DNA of 64,000 nucleotides from Candidatus Poribacteria bacterium (GTDB lineage Bacteria; Poribacteria; WGA-4E; JAJDTR01): NCBI GenBank assembly GCA_022827055.1, contig JAJDTR010000075.1, positions 758 to 64,757 of the forward strand, read 5' to 3'. Shown piece by piece: positions 55,875 to 64,000 of this stretch (position 1 is its first letter; each line of letters starts with the position of its first letter). The notes under the pieces were generated by a model. It saw only the letters and a program-made list of their open reading frames with translations, ran no database searches and was not told where the DNA came from. The position numbers and the translations under genes were made by a program.

Positions 55875-57878
55875 ATGAAATTACAACAAAGAATTGCGCT
55901 GTATCTTTTCCCATATATCACGGTATGCTACATTACATATGCGCAAGATGTTGAGATACCTGACTCGAACTTGCGATCTGTCGTTGCAGAATCACTTGGC
56001 GCCAATCCCGACCGGATTACTCGTGTCGATATGCGCCGACTGGAACGGATAGACGCGGTGTATAAAGAGATTGAAAGTCTTGAAGGCCTGCAACATGCAC
56101 CAAATTTGAGACTGTTGGATTTGGACGGTAACCGTATTTCCGATTTGACGCCGCTCGTCAACTTAACGAGTCTGGAGGAGTTGGGGTTGGACCGGAACCG
56201 AGTTTCTGACATCTCGCCACTTGCCGGGTTAATTAACCTGCAAGTGCTTACTACCAATGAAAATCGGACTTCCGATCTAACTCCGCTCGCTAATCTCCGC
56301 AATTTGGAAGTATTGGTAATAGACAGAAACAATATTACCGACATTTCCCCACTTCTCGGATTAACGAATCTGCGGATACTTAAGATGTTTTCCAATGGTA
56401 TTTCCGATTTGACGCCGCTCACCAATTTGACGAATCTGGAACAGTTAGAATTGGACAGAAACCGGATTACCGACATCTCACCCCTTGCCGGATTGACAAA
56501 CCTAAAAGTGCTGAAGATCGAGGATAACCTAATAATCGATCACTCTATACTTGGCCACTTGTCAATCGAAGCATTGTATTATGACCAGACCTGCGAGTTC
56601 CCGCCGGAACCCTTGACACCCCGGCTGGAAAATCGTTCGTTCCCTTCCATTTTCGGTCCCTTCAAGCACAACTCGAAATACGACCTGATTGTCGTGGGAA
56701 TCGGCACCTATAACGATTATTTTTTCAATGCGGACGGCAAGTGGAAACTGCGCGTAAAAGGTTCGGTGACCGAATCGGCCAACGAACGCGACGAGCTCTT
56801 GGCACGCAACCCGAACATGATTACCATAGCGGAAATCAGGATGCGTGACGAAGGGGGTGGTTATCCGCATCCGGACTCGCCCGACTGGGTTTGGCAGCAC
56901 GATCGTCAAGGCAACGTTTACTATAATGACGAACGGCGCGTGATGAACTTTACGCATCCACTTGTCCAAGATATGATAGTCCAACAAGCGGTCGCTGTCT
57001 CGAAATGTGGTTTTTACGACGGCATTTTTCTTGACTGGTGGAACGAATTTTACAGTGTGCTCGGCGACGACGAACACCATATCCCGCTTATCGACAACGC
57101 CACCGAGCAACAGGCGCGGGATGCTATCATGCAACGTATCAGGTCAAACGTGCGATCCGATTTTCTGGTAATGGGCAATATGAACAGGGGAATAGCGCCT
57201 CGCAACGCACCGCACATAAACGGCAGTTTCATGGAAACCATAACCCCGTCCGACCATGACGCCGAGACAGCGGAATCGTTATTTTCGGAAATTGCCGATT
57301 CGCTCCAGTGGCTCGAATCCAATCTGCGAGAACCTCGCATTAACGCACTGGAAGGTTTGAAATTACCTTTTGAGCCTCCTGATAGCCCGGCGAATGTTAG
57401 GTGGATGCGCGCCTTTACCACACTGAGTCTTACACTCTCCGATGGTTATGTGTATTTTATCAAACGGGGGCACGGTGAACTTTGGTACGAGTTTTGGAAT
57501 ATAGATTTGGGGCAACCTATAGGCGCGAAATCTCAAACCTATAACAATGTTGAAGGACTCTATATCCGTGAATTTACAAACGGGTGGGCGGTGCACAACC
57601 ATAGCGGCGAGCCGCAGGTCATCACGTTGCCGGAGGAGGTGCAAGGCGTTGCCAGCGGGCATTTGGACACAGAACACGCGCTGGGAAACATTGACGGGGA
57701 TATGTATCTGCGCGTCAAACCGAAGAATCCCGCGGACATCAACGGAGACGGAGTGGTGAATATATTGGATTTGACGCTGGTAGCACAGGCGCTTGGGACG
57801 GAGGATGCGAATGTAGATATCAATGGGGATGGAGTGGTGAATGTGTTTGATTTGGTGTTCGTAGCCAACGCATTCTGA
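55875..57878 (+). CDS. Secreted leucine-rich-repeat protein + central domain of unknown (possibly glycoside-hydrolase-like TIM-barrel) function + C-terminal dockerin repeats
   Basis: Signal peptide. About 9 internalin-type 22-aa LRRs (NLTSLEELGLDRNRVSDISPLAGL...). C-terminal DINGDGVVNILDLTLVA ... DINGDGVVNVFDLVFVANAF dockerin pair. Confidence 0.75.
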   Translation: MKLQQRIALYLFPYITVCYITYAQDVEIPDSNLRSVVAESLGANPDRITRVDMRRLERIDAVYKEIESLEGLQHAPNLRLLDLDGNRISDLTPLVNLTSLEELGLDRNRVSDISPLAGLINLQVLTTNENRTSDLTPLANLRNLEVLVIDRNNITDISPLLGLTNLRILKMFSNGISDLTPLTNLTNLEQLELDRNRITDISPLAGLTNLKVLKIEDNLIIDHSILGHLSIEALYYDQTCEFPPEPLTPRLENRSFPSIFGPFKHNSKYDLIVVGIGTYNDYFFNADGKWKLRVKGSVTESANERDELLARNPNMITIAEIRMRDEGGGYPHPDSPDWVWQHDRQGNVYYNDERRVMNFTHPLVQDMIVQQAVAVSKCGFYDGIFLDWWNEFYSVLGDDEHHIPLIDNATEQQARDAIMQRIRSNVRSDFLVMGNMNRGIAPRNAPHINGSFMETITPSDHDAETAESLFSEIADSLQWLESNLREPRINALEGLKLPFEPPDSPANVRWMRAFTTLSLTLSDGYVYFIKRGHGELWYEFWNIDLGQPIGAKSQTYNNVEGLYIREFTNGWAVHNHSGEPQVITLPEEVQGVASGHLDTEHALGNIDGDMYLRVKPKNPADINGDGVVNILDLTLVAQALGTEDANVDINGDGVVNVFDLVFVANAF

Positions 57879-57994
57879 ATTGCAGATTGCATGGGAGAAT
57901 GGAAGGGCGAAATGGCTCCGGTTTATCGTGGGGGATTGCTAGTCGTAACGTACAAATGTGCAAAGTCAAGCTTAATACCGGATTTAGACTGAAT

Positions 57995-58960
57995 TCACTC
58001 TTCGCCATAGACGCCAATCTTTCGATAGCGCTCATACCGCTCTTGGACGAGTTGTTCCGCATCAATCTCAAGCAGTGCGTTGAGGTGCTTTCGAATTGCC
58101 ATCTTGACCCGCCGGGTGGCGAGTGAGACATCCCGGTGCGCTCCGCCCAGCGGCTCGGGGATGATTTCATCTATGATTCCCAGTTTCAACAGATCGTCGG
58201 CAGTCGGCTTCAGCCCCTCCGCGGCTTCGGGGGCGTGCTGCCCCTGATCCTTCCATACGATGCCGCTGCACGCCTCCGGGGGAGCGACACAGTACACCGC
58301 GTGCTCCATCATGAGCACCCGATCGCCAACCGCAATGGCTAACGCACCTCCGCTGCCTCCTTCGCCAATCAGGACAACGATGATCGGCACGCGCAGCGAC
58401 GCCATCTCGGCGAGATTTTCCGCAATCGCCATCGCTTGCCCATATTCCTCCGAGCGCCGATCAAAGTGGGCGCCCGGGGTATCGACGAAGCAGATTAACG
58501 GCAATCCAAACTTGTCCGCCAACTTCATCACGCGCCGCGCTTTGCGGTAGCCCTCCGGGTGTGTGTACCCGAAATTCATCTCCTGCCGTTCTTCAAGATT
58601 TGTGCCCTTCTGCTGTGCCAAGTAAGCGATGGAGTGATCGTCGAACCGCGCCAACCCGGCGATCAGTGCGCGGTCATCCGCGTGCAACCGATCGCCGCGC
58701 AACTCGAATGGATCATCGAAAAACGCTCGTATATAAGTCGACGCCTGCGGACGCTGCTCGTGCCGCGCCAGCCACACTTTGTCCCAGCGGGTCAATTTCT
58801 GAAACGCCTGCTTCGTGAGGCTGGCAAGGTTTTTCTCAAGCGCCTCGATTCCCGGGGTAACGTCAAGTTCGGGGTTGGCTTCGGCAAAGCCTCTGAGTTG
58901 CGTGATTTGCTGATCGAGTTCAGTCAGTGGTTTTTCAAAACTTAGCGGTTTCGACTGCAC
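57995..58960 (-). CDS. accA: Acetyl-CoA carboxylase carboxyltransferase subunit alpha
   Basis: Full-length collinear AccA pattern (RPQASTYIRAFFDDPFELRGDR..., GGSGGALA). Confidence 0.9.
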   Translation of the reverse strand: MQSKPLSFEKPLTELDQQITQLRGFAEANPELDVTPGIEALEKNLASLTKQAFQKLTRWDKVWLARHEQRPQASTYIRAFFDDPFELRGDRLHADDRALIAGLARFDDHSIAYLAQQKGTNLEERQEMNFGYTHPEGYRKARRVMKLADKFGLPLICFVDTPGAHFDRRSEEYGQAMAIAENLAEMASLRVPIIVVLIGEGGSGGALAIAVGDRVLMMEHAVYCVAPPEACSGIVWKDQGQHAPEAAEGLKPTADDLLKLGIIDEIIPEPLGGAHRDVSLATRRVKMAIRKHLNALLEIDAEQLVQERYERYRKIGVYGEE

Positions 58961-58982
58961 GTCTTTAATCTCCGTCTGTCAA

Positions 58983-60215
58983 TCACGACTGTCGGGCAAA
59001 CTGCTTGCCCGGCATTTGCTGGACGATCCCCTTGAGTTCAAGCATAACAAGCGTGCCGGAGACTTTGTTCATTGGCAACGCCGTTGTTCGCGCAATTTGA
59101 TCGATATGCGAAGATGGGACCTCGATAGCCTCAAGAACAGCTTGTTCATCAGTGCTTAGCTTGGGTGTCGATCGTATTGACGGTTTTACCGCGCGCGTTC
59201 CTTCACTCCCGGTTGACGGATCTCGGTTAGGAACTTCGGGGGAAAGATTGGAGTCCGAGTGTTCCCGAGACGAGCCGCTATCATCGAAAGTGAGTTGAGC
59301 CGGTGAAGAAGTAAAGGATGGGGTTAAACGCCGGTCCGGGAACGACTCCCAAATGTCGTCGATAGCGTTTATCAGTTTCGCACCTTGGTTAATCAGTTGG
59401 TGCGACCCCGTGGATTGCTTGGAGAAAATCTGCCCCGGCACGGCAAACACTTCCCGTCCCTGCTCCGCGGCATGGCGCGCGGTAATCAACGATCCGCTGC
59501 GAACCGATGCTTCAACCACCACCGTACCCGAACTCATCCCGCTCACCAGCCGGTTGCGGCGCGGGAAGTTCTTTGGGAAAGGCGGCACCGACATCGGAAA
59601 TTCCGAAATTAACGCCCCGGATTCCACAATCTCATCCGCCAAATCTCTATTTTCGTCGGGGTATATTTGACTCAAGCCATTGCCGAGGACAGCAATTGTT
59701 CGCCCGTTTGCCTGAAGAGCGCCTTGGTGTGCGCACGTGTCAATCCCTCTCGCAAAACCGCTGACGACTGTAACGCCGTTCTCGGCGAGTTGCTGGCTCA
59801 ATTGCCGGCTAATTGTCTTACCGTAGTTTGTCGGACTTCGAGTCCCGACAATGGTAATACTCGGCGCATCCGGTTCACCGAGGTCGCCCCGCACATAGAG
59901 CAAAGGCGGCGGATCGGCAATCTCTTTAAGGAGCAAAGGGTAGGCGCTGTCACTGATGGCGACCAAGTGACAATTGTGCGCCTCAATAAGCTCCAATTCT
60001 TGGCCTACGGAAACACGAGATTTACCGCGAATCAACCGTTGGCTGACATTTGGTGGCAGCCCTTCAACGTGAGTTAACTCTTCCAGTGTCGCGTCTAAAG
60101 CTCTCTTCGCGGAGCCAAACGCAACCAATAGGCGTTGTATGGTTTGATACCCCACTCCGGGAATTATACTCAGATGGACTAAACTCTTCGTTTCCTCGGA
60201 GAATACCATTGGCAC
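58983..60215 (-). CDS. dprA: DNA-processing protein DprA (Smf)
   Basis: SAM-like N-domain, Rossmann-like DprA core (IVGTRSPTNYG...GIDTCAHQGAL), C-terminal winged-helix-like segment. Confidence 0.85.
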   Translation of the reverse strand: MPMVFSEETKSLVHLSIIPGVGYQTIQRLLVAFGSAKRALDATLEELTHVEGLPPNVSQRLIRGKSRVSVGQELELIEAHNCHLVAISDSAYPLLLKEIADPPPLLYVRGDLGEPDAPSITIVGTRSPTNYGKTISRQLSQQLAENGVTVVSGFARGIDTCAHQGALQANGRTIAVLGNGLSQIYPDENRDLADEIVESGALISEFPMSVPPFPKNFPRRNRLVSGMSSGTVVVEASVRSGSLITARHAAEQGREVFAVPGQIFSKQSTGSHQLINQGAKLINAIDDIWESFPDRRLTPSFTSSPAQLTFDDSGSSREHSDSNLSPEVPNRDPSTGSEGTRAVKPSIRSTPKLSTDEQAVLEAIEVPSSHIDQIARTTALPMNKVSGTLVMLELKGIVQQMPGKQFARQS

Positions 60216-60218
60216 CGC

Positions 60219-60815
60219 TCACTCGCTTGCTACCGGTGCTACCGGCTCCTCGGGTGGCAGAGCGTAGTAGACTTCAATTTCTCGAATCTTCCTATACGTT
60301 AGAACAGGCGCTCCACCATCACTCCTCTGTGTTCGCTTCCCGCCGCCAACGCGACGCGACTCCCAAGAGCGGGGAACCAACAACCGTAGCTTGCGAGAGA
60401 TTACCGGTTCTTTAAACCTCGTGTCGTATTTCTCTCGGACATGATCCTTGACGTCGCGAAGGACTTGCCATTCCTCTTGATCGTCCAAATACTGAATCTT
60501 GAAATATTCCATCTCGCCGATGTCGGCTTTGATCACAACTCGCTGTATCTTCTGAGGGTTAAGCCACTCAAGGACGGCTTCGCTGTATTTGTCGGCTTCC
60601 AATTGCGATTCTTTATCCTTTTCATCTTCAACGATTGGCCCAGTTTCGCCTTCCGTGTACAAATTGTCGTCGTGAAATCTAGAATTGACATCCCGACTCG
60701 TGGCTTCAATGGCGAGATTTTTACTCCATTGTACCTTGGGGCCGGTGCTCACACAACTCGCGAGCAACGCTGCGACTAAGATACCGAGTAAAAACGTAAA
60801 TGCTGCAGAACGCAT
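60219..60815 (-). CDS. Lipoprotein of unknown function, with an Arg/Gly-rich insert
   Basis: Lipobox LLASC. C-terminal ...IREIEVYYA, possibly jellyroll-like. Lies 3 bp upstream of dprA. Confidence 0.5.
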   Translation of the reverse strand: MRSAAFTFLLGILVAALLASCVSTGPKVQWSKNLAIEATSRDVNSRFHDDNLYTEGETGPIVEDEKDKESQLEADKYSEAVLEWLNPQKIQRVVIKADIGEMEYFKIQYLDDQEEWQVLRDVKDHVREKYDTRFKEPVISRKLRLLVPRSWESRRVGGGKRTQRSDGGAPVLTYRKIREIEVYYALPPEEPVAPVASE

Positions 60816-61128
60816 ATTCTTCCTCCTTCTGTATTGTAAATTTTCCGCAATGTCCTAACTCTAGCCATCAGTCCTAGGGCTGGAACTTTCCGTTAATGTG
60901 AATGACTCATTATATTAAAGATTTCAAGCAAATGCAAGTGGACAGAATCCAGGTGTTCAAAATCTCCTCGTGTTGGTTCATGCAGTTCAAACTCCAAGAA
61001 TGCTCAGTCCCGCGATTTACTGCTGAAGAACACAATTCTCGAGACTATTGGATTGAACTACTTCAAGAATCAATACGTACGTCCGATGTTGCTTAAGCTG
61101 CTGCTCATCCGGCAATCGAAAACGAGCG

Positions 61129-61770
61129 CTACTTCAGCAAGTCATCAAGTTCTTTCTCGCGGGAATCGAGTACTGCCTCGGCTTCCTTTTCCGCGATTTC
61201 CTCTGCCGATTGATAGCCGTATAACTCCACCTCAAAGATTTCCCCAGCCGCGCGGCGGTGGGCTCCATGTCCGCGTCCACCGCCGGTGCGCGCCCTGTGC
61301 CTGCGTCGGAGTTCTGCATCGTCGCTCGTCGACAGTATGCGGACCCTAATTCTTTCCGTAGGAAATGCGGTCCTTAAGGAAATATCTATGGGGTTTTTCT
61401 GTACGCTCTTGATCTCTCCGACCAGTTTCCAATTGACCCGGTCTCCGGTACCGCCGCCTTTATCGGCTAACACGTCGAATGTCTTCAAATTCTTTGAATG
61501 AACGACCATTCGGCTAATCTTCCGTTTTTTCGGCAACGTGATAATCACCTCGGACGCCGGGGTCGCGCCGTACAGGTTTTGGGTATCTACAGGAAACAGC
61601 GTTTTGCCGAGAGTCTTCAGGTTTCCATCGATCATTTCAGGGCTTGTTGACTTTACGCCCTCCATAAGCGCGTAGTTCTCGCTCCATTCCTGCTTTGAGA
61701 TGACTTTGGCGCAGGCAGAAATGCCCAAAAGGCAGACAAACAGCAACACGAAAACAATTGGACGGGACAT
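61129..61770 (-). CDS. Lipoprotein with a probable discoidin / galactose-binding-like domain and an Arg/Gly/His-rich insert
   Basis: Start at MSRPIVFVLLFVCLLGISAC (lipobox). The ending ...GEIFEVELYGY is typical of F5/8-type-C-like domains. The call is weak. Confidence 0.45.
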   Translation of the reverse strand: MSRPIVFVLLFVCLLGISACAKVISKQEWSENYALMEGVKSTSPEMIDGNLKTLGKTLFPVDTQNLYGATPASEVIITLPKKRKISRMVVHSKNLKTFDVLADKGGGTGDRVNWKLVGEIKSVQKNPIDISLRTAFPTERIRVRILSTSDDAELRRRHRARTGGGRGHGAHRRAAGEIFEVELYGYQSAEEIAEKEAEAVLDSREKELDDLLK

Positions 61771-61893
61771 TTTGAACTCCTTGTGTAATGAGAATCGGGA
61801 TAATAGGTTCTTCACACGGTTGAATAGCCGCTGAACCCGACATCCCAGATTATAATACGATTTTCTTTAGTAATTTTCACGGGGTGTGCCACC

Positions 61894-63351
61894 TTAATCG
61901 ATGATTTTCCAAGTTACGTCTTGGCGAGTATCTTGCAATTCGATGTTAAGTTGTTTCAGCCTGTCGCGAATTTTGTCCGCCGTATCCCAATCTTTTCGCT
62001 GCCTCGCCGTTTGACGGACATCTATGATGAGTTTCATTAACTGATCCATCATCTCCGAGTTCGCAGCATCGGAATCGGTCAATTCGCTGTATATTCCAAG
62101 TACTTCACACTTCTCTTTTAGACCACTATATCCTCGACCCAACGCCGCTTTTGTGGTATCGGAAAGGTTATCGCCCGCTGTTGAAAGCGTCAGATTGACT
62201 TCGCCCACAAATTTGAAAATCTCTCCTATCGCCTTCGCCGTATTGAAATCGGCATCCATGGCGTCCTCGAATCCGGTTCGCATGGATTGAACCGCGTCAA
62301 GAATTGAGACTTCAGCTTCACCGAGAGTATCGGTGTCTAGAAGACTTGGGTCGGTGACACTTTGGAACGGTTTCAACACATCTAGACAATTATTCAAACG
62401 TCGTATCGCGCTGCTCGACTCCTTTAGGCTTGATGAGCTATAGTCCAATGGATGACGGTAGTGCGCCGAGATTAGGAAGTGGCGAATCGCTTCGGCAGAA
62501 TAATCCCTTAGTGCATCGCGCACAAAAATGAAATTCCGTTCCGACTTTCCCATGCGCTGTCCATTTACCCGCAAGAATGCCACATGCATCCAATATCGCG
62601 CAAAAGGCTTTCCCGTCGCCAACTCGCTTTGGGCGATCTCATTTTCATGATGCGGAAATTGGAGATCTTGTCCGCCGGCATGAATGTCAATCGTCTCGCC
62701 AAGGTGCTTCATCGCCATAGCGGAACATTCGATATGCCACCCGGGGCGCCCCTTTCCCCAAGGACTGTCCCACCACGGTTCTCCCGGCTTGGCTTTCTTC
62801 CAGAGGTCGAAATCACGGGCGTCCTCTTTTCTCTCGTTGACTTCGACTCGCGCTCCGGCAAGCAAATCTTCGGGGCGGCGATGAGAGAGTTTTCCGTATC
62901 CGCAGAAGGAGTCCACGCGGTAATACACATCCCCGTCCACGGCGTATGCAGCTCCCTTATCCATCAGGATTTGGATTAAATCAACAATCTCCGGTATATG
63001 TTCGGTCGCCCTCGGATGAACGTCTGCCGCACGAATACCAAGACACCCCGAGTCCTCAAAATACGCTTCTGAATTACTCTTGGCGAGCAATGACGCGTCT
63101 TGTCCGAGTTCTGCCGCACGGTTGATAATCTTATCATCAATGTCGGTCAGGTTCTGCACCAACTTGACCGAGAATCCTTTGTATTCGAGGTAGCGGCGAA
63201 CAATGTCAGAAACCAAGAATGTTCGGGCATTGCCGATGTGGAAGAAATCATAGACCGTGGGACCGCAACTGTACATTAATACTTTGCCCTCTTGAAGCGG
63301 GACAAATTCTTCCAGTTGCCGGCTTAGCGAATTATAAATGTTTAATCCCAT
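61894..63351 (-). CDS. cysS: Cysteine--tRNA ligase
   Basis: Class I aaRS: HIGN (HIGH-type) motif, zinc-binding Cys, KMSKS-type RMGKS, anticodon-binding C-domain. Confidence 0.9.
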   Translation of the reverse strand: MGLNIYNSLSRQLEEFVPLQEGKVLMYSCGPTVYDFFHIGNARTFLVSDIVRRYLEYKGFSVKLVQNLTDIDDKIINRAAELGQDASLLAKSNSEAYFEDSGCLGIRAADVHPRATEHIPEIVDLIQILMDKGAAYAVDGDVYYRVDSFCGYGKLSHRRPEDLLAGARVEVNERKEDARDFDLWKKAKPGEPWWDSPWGKGRPGWHIECSAMAMKHLGETIDIHAGGQDLQFPHHENEIAQSELATGKPFARYWMHVAFLRVNGQRMGKSERNFIFVRDALRDYSAEAIRHFLISAHYRHPLDYSSSSLKESSSAIRRLNNCLDVLKPFQSVTDPSLLDTDTLGEAEVSILDAVQSMRTGFEDAMDADFNTAKAIGEIFKFVGEVNLTLSTAGDNLSDTTKAALGRGYSGLKEKCEVLGIYSELTDSDAANSEMMDQLMKLIIDVRQTARQRKDWDTADKIRDRLKQLNIELQDTRQDVTWKIID

Positions 63352-63395
63352 CTATTGCCTCTTGAAAATGATGCTTGACTCCCGTAACATGACCC

Positions 63396-64000
<605 letters not shown>

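Noticed and set aside
56100-56520. 66-bp periodic repeats, CRISPR-like at first glance
   Set aside because: They encode consecutive 22-aa leucine-rich repeats of the 55875..57878 protein. The repeats are imperfect and in-frame coding.
60902-61096. 64-aa plus-strand ORF in the 313-bp gap between two lipoprotein genes
   Set aside because: No RBS and no motifs. AT-rich intergenic spacer. Likely promoter region for the minus-strand lipoprotein/dprA/accA unit.

Overview
This 64 kb window looks like a chromosomal segment from an uncultivated-type bacterium. GC is about 55% by eye, and roughly 45 of about 50 genes lie on the minus strand. No rRNA, tRNA or CRISPR was found.

Gene content falls into five groups:
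- Core genes at the right end: ispD (partial), ispF, cysS, dprA, accA.
- A catabolic/oxidoreductase block: ADP-forming acetyl-CoA synthetase, M24 peptidase, thiolase-like + DUF35 pair, SDR, 2-hydroxyacid dehydrogenase, Zn-ADH, GH127-like hydrolase, RraA-like aldolase, two PhyH dioxygenases.
- A MoxR - DUF58 - vWA (BatA-like) operon preceded by a membrane protein, a coiled-coil PD-(D/E)XK-like protein and a 2942-aa secreted TPR giant.
- Many secreted eukaryote-like repeat proteins: two WD40 proteins, an LRR protein and the TPR giant. Two of them carry dockerin repeats, and one fuses a WD40 propeller to a metzincin protease and a T9SS-type C-terminal sorting domain.
- A decaying tandem array of LamG-like jellyroll paralogs.

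Mobile and repeat DNA:
- An apparently intact ISAs1-family IS at 1038-2289, with 16-bp IRs and a 10-bp TSD.
- A 496-bp MITE-like derivative with matching IRs and its own 10-bp TSD at 22370-22865.
- IR-like remnants near 3915-3993.
- A modular intergenic repeat family, about 35 bp at its core, present at six or more loci.

The feature I rank highest is a full-length EF-Tu paralog (54505-55665) whose P-loop is intact but whose G2, G3 and G4 GTPase motifs are degenerate. All functional calls are from reading the translations and motifs by eye. No database searches were run.
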